Below are positions 37,731 through 50,820 of a stretch of 64,000 bases of DNA, one piece after another. The notes under the pieces were generated by a model, which was not told the origin of the DNA, did not search any database, and saw only the letters and a program-made list of their open reading frames with translations. The stretch is from Callorhinchus milii (Eukaryota). Numbering within the stretch: position 1 is the stretch's first letter; every line of letters starts with the position of its first letter. Location: NCBI RefSeq assembly GCF_018977255.1, contig NW_024704742.1, positions 94,304,001 to 94,368,000 of the forward strand, written 5' to 3'. The translations under genes and the position numbers were made by a program.

Positions 37731-38451
37731 GCCTCAGTCTAATACTCCTTATTCCTATGAAGGTGGTAAGGCTGTTGTGAATAGTTCTGCTGTCATTACC
37801 TCTGTTGGAATGACTTTGATTTTTTCATGCCTCGCAATCTCAAACCAGGACATAAGCACTAATTTTTAATAATTTTTTATTCTAATGTTTGTATGTTGGT
37901 TGCTAACTTGTCCACAATCCCACTAACCACAAGTTTTTTGTTTGGTTTGTTTTGAATAATGAGTTCCCAAGGATGCAGTTTATTTCACCCTCCTGCAATG
38001 CTCTCCTAACCCCCTCCCCCCATTACCATTGGGCTGACCATGCCCGGCTGAACCCTTGACCCGAGCTGTCACCTACCCCCCGCCCCCCAGTTCCCCGTTT
38101 CTGTCCCCCATGTTCCATTACTCTCACCTGGTACTCCTTTCTTACCCCCAGGCCCCCCCACACCCGCACCCCTCACCTCCTGAACCATCCCACAGCCTCC
38201 CTCTGTTCCAGCCTGGGAATCTTCTGATGGGCTCAACATGACACATGTTGCCGGGTTTGAGACAGCAGCCATCCTGCCGACCAATCCCCAATTTCCATAA
38301 CAAAGCGCACTGCTCCCAGCCACCGGGGGCAAACCTCTCTTCTTTCATCCACATCCCCACCCTTCCTCTTATTCCTCCTCCTCTCCTCCCCTCGTCTTGC
38401 AAACTTTTCTGCTGCTTGTTCCCTCCACATAGCCTGCAAAATATCTGCACT

Positions 38452-39643
38452 CTCGCCAACATAGCCCTCACCCGCTCCAACATAGCCCTCACCCTCTCCA
38501 ACATACCCCTCAACATCTCCAACTTAGCCCTCACCCTCTCCAACATAGCCCTCACCCTCTCCAACATAGCCCTCACCCTCTCCAACATAGCCCTTACCCT
38601 CTCCAACATAACCCTCACCCTCTCCAACATAGCCCTCACCCTCTCCAACATAGCCCTCACCCGCTCCAACATAGCCCTCACCCGCTCCAACATAGCCCTC
38701 ACCCTCTCCAACATAGCCCACACCCGCTCCAACATTAGCTCTCACCCTCTCCAACATAGCCCTCACCTTCTCCAACATAGCCCTCACCCTCTCCAACATA
38801 GCCCTCACCCTCTCCAACATACCCCTCACCCTCTCCAACATAGCCCTCACCCTCTCCAACATAGCCCTCACCTGCTCCAACATAGCCCTCACCCTCTCCA
38901 ACATAGCTCTCACCCTCTCCAACATAGCCCTCACCCTCTCCAACATAGCCCTCACCATCTCCAACATAGCCCTCACCTTCTCCAACATAGCCCTCACCAT
39001 CTCTAACTTAGCCCTCAACTTCTCTAACTTAGCCCTCAACTTCTCCAACATAGCCCTCACCCTCCATAACATAGCCCTCACCTTCTTCAACATAGCCCTC
39101 ACCCGCTCCAACATAGGCCTCACCTCTCCAACATAGCCCTCACCCTCTCCAACATAGCCCTCACCCTCTCCAACATAGCCCTCACCCTCTCCAACATAGC
39201 CCTCACCATCTCCAACATAGTCCTCACCTTCTCCAACTTAGCCCTCACCCTCTCCAACATAGCCCTCACCCTCTCCAACATAGCCCTCACCATCTCCAAC
39301 ATAGTCCTCACCTTCTCCAACTTAGCCCTCACCCTCTCCAACATAGCCCTCACCCTCTCCAACATAGCCCTCACCCTCTCCAACATAGCCCTCACCCTCT
39401 CCAACATAGCCCTTACCTTCTCCAACATAGCCCGCTCCAACATAGCCCTCACCCTCTACAACATAGACCTCACCTTCTCCAACATAGCCCTCACCCTCTC
39501 CAACATAGCCCACCTTCTCCAACATAGCCCTCACCCTCTCCAACATAGCCCACACCCGCTCCAACATTAGCTCTCACCCTCTCCAACATAGCCCTCACCC
39601 TCTCCAACATAGCCCTCACTCTCTCCAACACAGCCCTCACCCT
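38452..39643. repeat. 21-bp minisatellite, about 56 copies, consensus ccaacatagccctcaccctct
   Basis: Directly visible tandem array with variant units. Confidence 0.98.
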
Positions 39644-40947
39644 GCATGAGGAGTGCTATGTAAATGTAATTTGTTGTTGTTATTGGCTTGCTTCTGGATG
39701 ACTTGCTGGGAATGGTGGGGACAGTCTGACCCAGGCACAAGTCACAGTTTGAGAGAGTCACCAGTTAAATCTTTTGAAAAGCACCTTTGTGAAGCTGTTT
39801 TTAATGGTGAAGTCACCTGCCCACTGTATTTTAGAGTTGCGTAACTGTTCTTTTGAATACTGATTATGTTATTGTCCTGAATAAATCAGATCAGCTGGCT
39901 GACTGCTTGTGTCCATTACGTGCTCTTGGAGATTTTTGCCACGAATAAGCACGTAAGATTGGCTTTTTAACATTAGATTATAAGGCAAATTCCTGGCTCA
40001 TACTAAAGCAGCGTTGAAGAAGTTTCACATTTATAGAATCATAGAATGATACAGCACAGAATAGACCATTTGCTTCATTTCTCTCCTTTGGATGAGATGT
40101 TAAAATGAACATCTGCATGTTCAGGGGAACCATGAAAGAAACCACAGATCTATTTGAAAAGAGAAGGCAGTTTCTCCGACATTCTGACCGATCATAATCC
40201 TCCAGATGAAATTGGTTATTTCACTTCATGATTGTTTGTGGGACATTGATGTGCGCAAATTGGCCATTTTGTTCATCTGTAAATACACAAGCACTACACT
40301 TTATTGTAACATCCCTGTGGAGCACTTTATTACATTCTGAAGAACAATAAGCCATTATATCAAAGATTATTATTAAATTATTATTAAATCTGCATTGGTG
40401 TTTTTCTCTATATTAAGCACTCTGGGACACTAGCCCATGTGAAGGGTGCTATATAAATGCAAGTTGTTGTTGTATATGTCCCATCTAGCTTTCCTACTCT
40501 CCTGCTCACTTCCCTTTCAACCTTTAACATTCCTCTTATTCACACATCTATCTCATTACCTTTTAACAGAATTTATAGACTTCAACAGTACTTCAACGAT
40601 GGTTTGTGGCAAAGAATTTCACATTGCAACCTCCTTGCTTGTCTTCTCGCAGCTTGATGGAATAAATCACGGTGAAGCTCATCGTCCATGAGGTGTGAGT
40701 CTTTTCTTCCCTAAGACAGAAAAAGATCTGATCAAACATGAGAACAGCTCACATCTGAACAAGAAGAATGGACAACCAGGAAGTGACATCAGGCTGCGAC
40801 TTGCTGGTAGGTTCAGACGAAATATACTAGAGTAGTGCTGTGGTGAGGAATGTGTGCAGGATGCAGGGTTTGCACTTGAAGTTCCATTTATTGATTTCCA
40901 TTCTATGTATTGTTGTGGGTGGGATACTGGAGAGAAACACTGGAGAG

Positions 40948-41207
40948 AGCCTTGCAAGCGAGACACCTGGGTTCAATTCCAGGCAGGGTGAAACTTTGGG
41001 CAAGTTTTCTTACTCCACACTCCTAATAATAATCCCTCCAAAAACAAAAAACCATAATAAATTGGTCATTTCAATCCACGACTGTTTGTGGGCCATTGCT
41101 GTGCGCAATTGGCTGCCGTGTTTTGCCCACAAATATACGGTCAATTCACTTCACAGTATATTTTGTGAAGCACTTTGAGATGTCGAGAAGACATGAGAAG
41201 CGCTATG
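40948..41207 (+). mobile_element. SINE (5' clipped) whose tail is cut by the CR1 element
   Basis: B box gggttcaattcc and shared body; ends at gcgctat, directly abutting the CR1 tail. Confidence 0.85.
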
Positions 41208-43052
41208 TAAGAACATAAGAACATAAGAATTAGGAGCAGGAGTAGGCCATTTGGCCCCTCGAGCCTGCCGCGCCATTCGATAAGATCATGGCTGATCTTC
41301 AAACCTAACTCTAATTACCTGCCCTATCCCCACATCCCCTAATCCCTGTTTTTTAAAAATCTATCAGTCTCAGCCTCAAAGATGTTCAAGGACTGAACAT
41401 CTACAGCCTTCTGGGGTAGTGAATTCCATAAATTCACTTCCCTCTGAGTGAAGAAATGTTTCCTCAACTCTGTTCTAAAAGGCTGACCCTTAATTTTAAG
41501 ACTGTGACCCCTGGTTATAGATTCTCCTACCAGGGGAAACAGACCCTCAGTGTCTACTTTATCCAGCCCTTTAAGAATCTTATATGTTTCAATAAGATCT
41601 CCCCTAATTCTTCTGTACTCTAGAGAATATAGCCCTAGTTTATTCAGCCTATCCTCATAGGTCAGTCCCCTCATCCCAGGAACTAACCGAGTGAATCTAC
41701 GCTGCACCCCCTCTAGGGCAAGTATGTCCTTTTTTAAATAAGGAGACCAAAACTGCACACAATACTCTAGGTGCGGTCTCACCAAGGCCCTATACAGTTG
41801 CAGCAAGACTTCCCTACTCTTGTACTCTAAACCTTTTGCAATGAACGCTAACATGCCGTTCGCCTTCTTAGTTGCTTGCTGCACCTGCAAACTAACTTTT
41901 TGAGACTGGTGTACAAGGACACCCAAATCCCTCTGCACACTAACACTATCTAATCTCTCCCCCTCTAGAAAATAATCTGTTTTTCTATTTTTTCTACCTA
42001 GGTGAATAACTTCACACTTCCCCACATTAAATTCCATCTGCCACCTACTCGCCCACTCCCCTAGCCTATCTATATCCCATTGCAATCTTTTTGCATCATC
42101 CTCAGAGCTTACTCTCCCACCTAGTTTAGTGTCATCCGCGAATTTAGATACGTTACATTCAATGTCCTCGTCTAGATCATTGATGTAAATTGTAAATAGC
42201 TGAGGCCCAAGCACTGATCCTTGTGGCACTCCACTAGTCACATCCTGCCAATTCGAGAATGACCCATTTATCCCTACTCTCTGTTTTCTACCCGTTAGCC
42301 ACTCTTCAATCCATGCTAATATGTTCCCATTAATCCCATGGGCCTTAACCTTGTGCAATAGCCTTTTGTGTGGCACTTTGTCAAATGCCTTTTTAAAATC
42401 TAAATATACTACATCTACTGGTTCCCCCCTATCTAACCTGCTAGATACATCTTCAAAAAACTCTAAAAGATTAGTTAAGCATGACTTCCCTTTTGTAAAG
42501 CCATGTTGACTCTGCCTAATCTTGTTATGGTCTTCCAGGAATCCCATAACGACATCCTTAATTAAGGACTCAAGAATTTTCCCTACCACTGAAGTCAGAC
42601 TAACTGGTCTATAGTTCCCCATCTTTTCTCTCCCACCCTTCTTAAATAGTGGTGTCACGTTTGCAATCTTCCAATCAATGGGAACCGTTCCAGAATCCAG
42701 AGAATTTTGGAAGATCAAAGACAAGCCATCCACTATCTCAGTAGCCACCTCTTTTAAAACCCTAGGATGTAGGCCATCAGGTCCAGGAGATTTATCAGTT
42801 TTAAGACCTGATAATTTACCTAAAACCATTTCTTTACTAATATTAATTCCTCCAAGTTGCTCGCTAACATTTTCTTCTTGGTTCCCCTCTATTCTTGGTA
42901 GGTTTTCAGTGTCTTCTAAGGTGAAGATAATAGCAAAGTTCTTGTTTAATGACTCTGCCATGTCTTTGTCCCCTACTATAATTCCCCCCGTCTCTGCCTG
43001 TAGCGGACCCACATTTACCCTTGACAGCCTCTTCCTCTTTATATATCTATAT
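41208..43052 (-). mobile_element. CR1 LINE, 5'-truncated, with an uninterrupted ORF2 RT and C-terminal segment (41339-43012, 557 aa)
   Basis: [40 protein letters not shown] and KFADDTK motifs; CR1-type 3' UTR hairpin and (TTCTTATG)n tail. Confidence 0.95.
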
Positions 43053-44539
43053 AAACAGAAACAGACAACCTGCCCAACTAGTCTGTGCTGGTAGATTCAG
43101 ATGTGATATACCACAGGAGTCTCCACCCATCCTTAATCCCTCCCGTACCCTTCCGCTGATGTGTATATCTCCCAACTATACTGTATGCTTCAACCACCTC
43201 TTTGGAAATAAGTTCCAGATTCTCACTATGCTGTGTGTGAAGTTGTTCCTCCTAAATTCTCTTCTCAATTCCCTAGTTGCTACCGTGTACCTCTGTTAGA
43301 TCCCCTGGTTGATATCTTACACTTGGCCTTTCATGCTAATTGCAGAGCCCAAAGCCAAGGAGTACTCATTACCCATTTAAAAAAATAAATTAACCCTTTC
43401 CTCTCCAGTGTATATCTGTGCATGTGATAGAGAATGCCTTTTTATAGCTCAAGCCAGGCATCTGAATGTACATCATGACAGGGTATTTTGTCACCCTGCT
43501 TGAAAGGCACTATATAAATACAAGTAGTTGTTTCATCTTTTTGATGAATTTGAATTGATTTGCCTAATTGTAAGATTCTTTATTTTCTGTTTTTCTCAGC
43601 AGTTTGAGGTGACAGGCAGAAATGTAATGTTCCACTTCCACTTAGAAAACCCAGACCTGATGGTAAACACGGCACTCTTAATACAGCAAACTTTCCAACT
43701 TACCAGTGCTTTGGTGTTATTGTATTTATATATTCTGTAACCAATCACATTTACCAAACATTCATTAATACTGTCAATTCAGACAGCAAAGTACGTCAAT
43801 GACATTTCCTTGGTGGAAACTCTTGTCTTTCACAAAGTGAAAGAAGAATGTTCGTGAATATGAAAAGCTTGTTTCCTGGGCAGTCAAGTGTCATCAATGT
43901 GTTGGTTTGGTGGATGGCTGGAGAGCTGTAAGGATCTAAACACAGCCAAGAGGTCGACAGATATTCATCCTACTTCTGAACAATTCTTTACTACATTTTC
44001 TTTTAATTCCCATTGTGCTGTTGATTTCAACCGGAGGCCGTTTATTCTGCAGAAATAGCTACAGTGTTGCTCTGGTTGAAATCACCTAACTGCAGATCAG
44101 GGATCCATTCTTCCTCTGTATGGCTTCGTTTCCCATTCTGGAGAAAAATTGCATCCCTCAAGTCATTGAGAAAACAATGCTCATGAAGATCACTATGTTC
44201 CAAAACCATTTTGGTGGCTTTTGACAGCTGCATGAAGTGAGCAGTCGCTAAAATGCAAAGGTGACTAACAAATGATTAATTATATCTTAGCAAGTCTTTT
44301 TACCAAACATTTATTGGGGATGGCACCTGGTGAACTTTTATCTTTGAACTGTATAAAATACCCTTAGTCAACAAAGATAAAAATCAACAGAGAGGAGGTA
44401 CTAAAAAGGCTGTGAGGCACTTTATTCTTAACATTATACGGATTATATCAAATGCAAGGATTATTATTTGTAAGTATAAATAAGAATTATAACACAATGG
44501 TGTCTTTACAGAATTGACCAAAATGTGAACATTACTCAG

Positions 44540-45563
44540 AACAGCAACAACAACAAAATTACATTTATAGAGCGCCTTTCATGTCGGGAGGATGTCCCAA
44601 AGCGCTGAACAGTCAGGTGTCGGGGCCCGAGCATGGGGGAGGGGTGGTGTGGGGGTGAGGGAAGGCAGAGAGGTGGGAGGGAGACCAAAGGCACGGTCGA
44701 AGAGAAAGGTCTTGAGACCGACCTTGAAGGAGGCAAGAGAGGAAGCGAGGCGAAGGGACCGTGGGATGGAGTTCCAGAATGTGGAGGCAGAGAGGCTGAA
44801 AGCCCGGCCACCGATGGTAGGGCGGTGGGGTGGGAGACATGGAGCAGGCCGGAGCCCGATGAACGGAGGGAGCGGGCAGGTTGGTAGGGAGTCAGCAGGT
44901 CAGAGAGGTAGGAGGTGGCAAGGCCACGGATGGCCTTAAAGGTGAGGACGAGGATCTTGAACTCGATCCTCTGGGGGATGGGGAGCCAGTGGAGTCGGGC
45001 GAGGGTGGGAGTGATGGGGTCACGGAGCCTGGTGCGCGAGAGTACACGAGCTGCAAGAGTTTTTGATGATCTACAGCTCGTGAAGCGAAGAGTTGGGAAG
45101 GCCGATGAGGATGGAGTTCCTGTAATCGAGCCTTGATGTGACAAATGCGTGGGTGAGGGTTTCGGCAGCCTGAGGAGTCTAGCAATGTTGCGGAGGTGGT
45201 GATAGGCAGTGCCGGTCATGGCGCAGATGTGGGGGAGAAAAGACAGTTCAGGGTCAAACAAGGTACCCAGGTTCCTGACTGGCTTAGTGAGGTTGAGTGT
45301 GCAGCCGTGGAGGCTGATGCTGCCGGTGCCCGAGGAGCGGAGGCGTTGACGCGAGCCTATCAGGAGGGCCTCGGTCTTGCTGATGTTGAGTTGGAGAAAG
45401 TTGGCCCTCGTCCAGGACTTGATGTCGGTCAGGCAGTCGGTCAGGATGCCAGTAGTCCTGGAGTTCAGGGTGGAGGCAGAGAGGTAGAGTTGGGTGTCAT
45501 CCACATACATGTGGAAATTTACCCCATGTCTGCAGATGATGTCACTAAGGGGGAGCATGTAGA
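44540..45563 (-). mobile_element. L2-type LINE 3' fragment
   Basis: [12 protein letters not shown] and LHWLPIPQRIEFK; (CAA)n tail on +. Confidence 0.92.
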
Positions 45564-45994
45564 ACAGCTATAGTAAAAAGAAAAAGTGTTTGAGACATGG
45601 CTGACTGCTGACTAAATTTGCACCAGTTAACAAATAGTGGAAGAGATTCTCTTATCTTTCACTTGACCTTGTTCAACAATTAAGGCACCAGTTCTGCTGA
45701 ACAGCAGAGTATATTACATCAGTAAATCAGATGATTGGTTGATCAGCAAGTTTCTGCATCTTCGAAACCCTTCCCACCAGCTCTCCTGTCATATTCAAAT
45801 AGTTTATTTTCCCTGCATGTGGAAGCTACTTTTGTCCTCCATTTACGTATAACATACTTCTCATAGATATCTGAAAGCAGAAGTGTCCTGACTGTGGGAC
45901 ACAGCTGTAATTTATTGCTTAGTCACTTCTCTATGTGACACTTACTGGAAACTGAGTAACACTGTTTATCGACATAAGGTTCGCTGTGTCCCCC

Positions 45995-46555
45995 AGCACA
46001 GTCCCTGCTCCTTTCAAAACAGCTATCACACCCCCTTTAAAAATCTTTCCCTCGACTCATCCTTATTCCCTAACTAACGTTCCATCACCAACCTACCGAT
46101 TCCTGTCAAAGGTATTGGAATGAGTCATTGCTGCCCAGCTTTGCTTTTTCCTCTCCCTGCATGAACTGCTTCTGCTGAGACTGCCCTGATCAGTTATCAA
46201 CGACATTCTCTCCATCTCGCTCTCTCTCTGCCTCCTCGTCTTGGACCTCTGGCCTCTTAAACACTGTGAACACTGTTTCCCCACCCCACCGGTGGTCGGG
46301 CTTTAAGTGATTCTAGCCCCACTCTGTGGAACTCGATCCCGGAGTCCCTTCGCCTCGTCCCTTCCCTCACCTCCTTCAAAGACCAATTCAAGATCTTCCT
46401 CTTTGATCACGCTTTTGATCATCTTTTTCCCCACCCTCTCCATCACTCAATCCCAGTCCAACTCGGGTGCAAATCCGAGTTTGCAAATCCGCTGCAAGTC
46501 CAGCGTCTTGGGACAACCATCCGATGTGAAAGACGCTGTATAAACGTAAATTTGT
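45995..46555 (+). mobile_element. Degraded, internally deleted L2 fragment
   Basis: Remnants of ISNLxFLSKVLE coding sequence, then an L2 3' end; boundaries approximate. Confidence 0.65.
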
Positions 46556-48599
46556 ACTGTAAATTCATGTTCAACCAGTTAGGAAAGGTTCAGCAGCAGT
46601 TTGTTTGTATTCAGTGGAGGTGAGGGGCTTAATTCACTACATAAGATTATATATAAGATTATACATATCCCTTTTGGGGATCATCATGGTCACCGCTGAT
46701 AACAATGTTACAGATTTGCTTTAGCATCCATTAACTTGTGAAGATTTTACAGACAATGTCTGTGCCCTTACAGATTTGCAAGACGTCAAACTGTGTAACA
46801 AAAAAAAGCTTTATTCTTAGTGATTTCTGAGGACATGGGCAGTGAACAACCATGTTTTGCCAGTGAATTTTGGTTTGGAAGAGACATCTATCGTGCTAAG
46901 CAATTTGAACTGCAGTAATCTCATACGCCAGGCTATTTTGAGTCATTTTGCGTTAGTCACACTGGATCAACAGGTCAGGTTTGCAGTTTTAAATTCATAT
47001 ATCTATTATAATCTATTAAAATGTTCAAAACTTAAGTTTACTGTTGCTTAAACCTTTAAAATATTTTCACAAATGTTTGGCAATAACCAACGGAGAAATA
47101 AAAGTTAGATATGAATTATCCAGTTTTCAAAATCAGATTTTTCACAGCAGTCAACATGGTTCATTCCCTTCCTGAAGTGCAAAAACTGTTCTTGCTTCTT
47201 CGTAATTTCCACAACCTGTTATTTTAAGGCCTCACAAGAATTGCAATATGCCTATTTTGAAACACTCACATGCTTCTATTTTATTGTAGAAAGTACAAAA
47301 CAAATCTGCACTTTTTTTAAAAAAATCACCTGTTATCAAGTTTGTAATTCACCATATCCTAAGGCGTATTCAGAGTCCAGAGGCCTGAAATTCCCCCTAG
47401 TCTTATTCTTTAAGATCATTTTGTCTTTAAAATTTTAAATTGAGCAGAATCATGGAGAATTTTTAAATTCAATCTTAATTTGGAAGCCGATTCTTTTAAG
47501 AACTGCAGGAAACTGGCTTCAAAATTGATACTACATTTTTAATTTTCCACAATTCTACATGAACTCACTACATGAGACAAAATGATGACAGACTACCTGT
47601 TGTTGTTGTTGACCCTGGGAAGGTTTCAGGCCTCAGGATTTTCACTGCTATAATATGTACAATGTAAAGTGGACTGTTACTGGCATTTTCACAAGTAGAT
47701 ACATTGGAAATTTCCATCTTTATTGGAACAAATCCATGAGTATTTATTTTACTGTACATCTTTACAAAATGTCCAACATTTCTGTTCTCTTCTCAATGCC
47801 ACAGATGGGGCATTTGACCTTTGAGGCAGAGAGATGGGTTGTCAAATCAAGCTTTACTATCACTGGTTATCTATTGCTCCAAAACCTTGATACCCTTAAC
47901 TCAGAAAATCTATCGTTCTCAGTCTTGAAAATTTCAATCAATTTCACATCAGGCGGACGTTCCAAAGGGCTTCACAGGATATACTGTCAAGTGGTGTGAC
48001 TGTTTTTATTGTGGGCGCACGATGAGTAACTAGCAAAACAGCATCTACGACGGTGCTCGAATTCACAATTTAACAGAATCAACATGGCAAATCGGCAACT
48101 AAAGAGATTTCCTGGGGGTCAGGCACGATACATCGGGGATTCGGGATGAATATAGATCATGCTTTTGCAAATATCTGAAATGAGATCTCATTGCACAATT
48201 CTGTTTTGGGGGCAAGAAGTTTATTTGTCTGAGGAGCAGATATTCTGGAGAAACTACATCAACACGTGATAGGATCCATTGAAGGATTAACAGTTTTGCC
48301 TTAATCGAGAGCTAGTTAGCTATTCCTGGAAAATAACACATTCAGGCAATGCAAACTGAAGATCTCTCAGTTTTCAATTTGGCTAAATTGGTTAAACATC
48401 TAATCCTTGCTGTTTATCTGAAAGGGAAAAATGAACAGTGCGCTTACATACAAGATTGTGACCCTTTTCGAAAGAATCTCACTCATGTGGGCAGTAACAC
48501 TGTGAAGGGCTTGACCTCAAACTGGAACGAAAGCTTCTTGTTTGATTTAACTGAACCATCCTGAGATGTTCAGATACAAAGAATGGAGGATCTATTTTC

Positions 48600-48945
48600 A
48601 CTCAAACAGAGAATGGTGAAGGGAGACGCTGATAGAGATCCTTCAAATTATGAGTGGTTTTGATACAGTAGATAAGAGAAATTATTTCTACTGGTCAATG
48701 ACAAGAGGGCATCAATTTAAGATAATTAACAAAAGGGATTAGGATTTAGAACATGCTCCTGGGAATGGTGGTCGAGGCAGAATCTATCTAACCTTTTAAG
48801 AGGACACTAGATAGAAATCTCACAAGGAGTAATTTGCAGGGAATGGGGATAAATCAGGTAAATGGAACTGAATGGATTGATCTTTCAAAGAGTCAGCATA
48901 GACCAACGAGTCTAATGTCCTTCTCCTATCTTAAAGTTCTGTTTC
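48600..48945 (+). mobile_element. Degraded CR1 3' fragment; similar remnants at about 32800-32990, 53550-53745 and 63390-63470
   Basis: Remnants of the RGDLIE..FK...GFD.VD coding stretch and a CR1-like 3' UTR. Confidence 0.6.
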
Positions 48946-49239
48946 TAAATCACAAGTGGTAGTGTTTTCTCTCTCTCTCAAAAATCTCTGGGAATACATG
49001 CAAGGACCAAGTTGCCCCAAATAGGAATATGTACTTTATCTTCTCCATAAACATGGTGCTGTTGCAACACACAGTCACATGGTCACTCACCAGTCCGTAA
49101 GTTTGCTCCATTGTAATAGCCATGTCACACGCTATGGTTTAATTAGCAACTAAATCATGTTTGATAGTGGCCTTCTCACTGACTGCTTTCTATGGCAAAA
49201 AATCCAGGGAGCTCAGTTTGCTGAGTGTCAGATGTGATA

Positions 49240-49670
49240 CCAGAAGGTTCTGTCCAAGTTGCACGAGTCCGCAAGCCCATTACCCCCAACCTCACTCAGC
49301 TCCATTGGCTCCCCATTCCCCTGCAGATCAAGTTCAAGATCCTCATTCGAATCTTTACATCCCTCCACGGTCTCTCTCCACCCTACCTTTGCAACCACTT
49401 TCAACCCTACCGACCTGGCCACTCCCTTCACTTAGTGATCACCAGTCTGGTTCATGTCCCCCACGCTACCCATCCCAGCATTGGTGAGCAGGCTTTAATT
49501 CCATCCCAGAATCCTCCGACTTGCTCCCTCCCTTCTGTCTTTTAAGACGCATCTCAAAACATACCTATGACTCGCTTTCGAGCATCTTTCACAGATTACC
49601 CACAGATCGCGTGCCCAACCAGTGAAGAACAATGAGATGCCCTCCCGATTTGAAAGGTGCTATGTAAATT
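49240..49670 (+). mobile_element. Degraded L2 3' fragment
   Basis: LHWLPIPLQIKFK in ORF 49225..49545. Confidence 0.75.
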
Positions 49671-49885
49671 GTGTGGTCATTGATGAAGTATGATGTCTAT
49701 GCTCTTTTCAGGAATGCAGAATGTAAAGGACCAGAAAAGGCTACTGAGATGCTACTGGCCAATTCAAGAGCAAATAGTCATACATTTCTCTGCTTCTCAA
49801 TAATAATAATGTTTCACCACATAGCTAAACAATGTCCTTTTGCACTTGCTGAGACATTAAAAGTCAGCGCATTTCGTAAGTAAAC

Positions 49886-49911
49886 TTTATTAAAAACGCT
49901 TCATGTTTATT
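49886..49911 (-). promoter_or_regulatory. Tandem candidate DAPK1 poly(A) signals
   Basis: Two AATAAA on - (49911-49906 and 49891-49886), about 920 nt after the stop, at the end of an AT-rich 3' UTR-like stretch. Confidence 0.55.
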
Positions 49912-50820
49912 CCACTACACTAAAAAGTTTCCAAGTGTACAACTTGCAACATTAAAATTACATGCATTTTTCCCCCCATAAGAGCAAATATAAATAGATC
50001 AAACATGGAAAATTTTCCAATAGTTAAATTTTAATATACATCACTTTTATTGTCAATGCACATGAAACTACCACATTATCTTGTTCCCTTTTAAGCTGTG
50101 GGTACACCACTTCATTATCAGGACAATTTGACTGAAATGGAAAAATTTAGCCGATACAAAACAAAATGTACAAATGCTTTATATGGTATAATGTTACTCA
50201 GAGAAGAGTAATGGGGAGGTAGAAGATTCCTAGGTAAAAGGTTTAACAAGTATTGGTCTACTTACATCAGGAAACCTTTCCTGAAAAGGCACTCACATTT
50301 GGTTGTTGACATTTACACATTTTATTATCAATCAGCACATTTGCCTTTTCCCCCACAACCTTTAACTATAGAAAGTCTTAAAAAGATAAATGGGTCGTCA
50401 GATGATGGAAAAATGTAGGTAAATACTGTATATAAAAAAATTCACTTTCCTGCAGAGAGCATCTCCTGAAACTCTTGTCCACAACTACACACAGACAGAA
50501 AGGAGAGATTCCCTTGCAGTCCAAAACAAAAACCTCTCCACAGGCTTCTACACGGGGACAGTTCTTGTGTAAGCAGATGCACTTTGTAAAAACAGTTTCA
50601 ATTCTATAATTGCAACTTTTATTCAAACTACACTGAACTTTGCAGAATGTACCAATGTGATAAAACATTTATATTGTTAAGTACTGAAGAAGTGTAGATC
50701 ATCACTTGCAAGTAGAAAGGTTCACAGCATAAAATTCGAGTATTGCCTCCCTGTCGAGAGACAGAGGGAACACAAGTAACATTGCACCTCTTTAACCAAC
50801 TTTAACAGGATTCATTCTTT

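Noticed and set aside
38452..39643. Possible CRISPR-like array (also considered for 31167-31295 and 5505-5740)
   Set aside because: These are head-to-tail repeats without unique spacers, in vertebrate DNA with no cas genes
38142..39761. Heptad-repeat ORFs (MLERVRA)n, (LSNIALT)n and (LQHSPHP)n that look like coiled-coil proteins
   Set aside because: A 21-bp unit is open in several frames on both strands. Frames shift at 1-bp indels, and there is no promoter or splice support.
41339..43012. Domesticated host reverse transcriptase gene
   Set aside because: It has no genuine start (the ORF begins at GTG inside a truncated ORF2) and retains the CR1 3' UTR and tail, so an ordinary 5'-truncated recent insertion explains it
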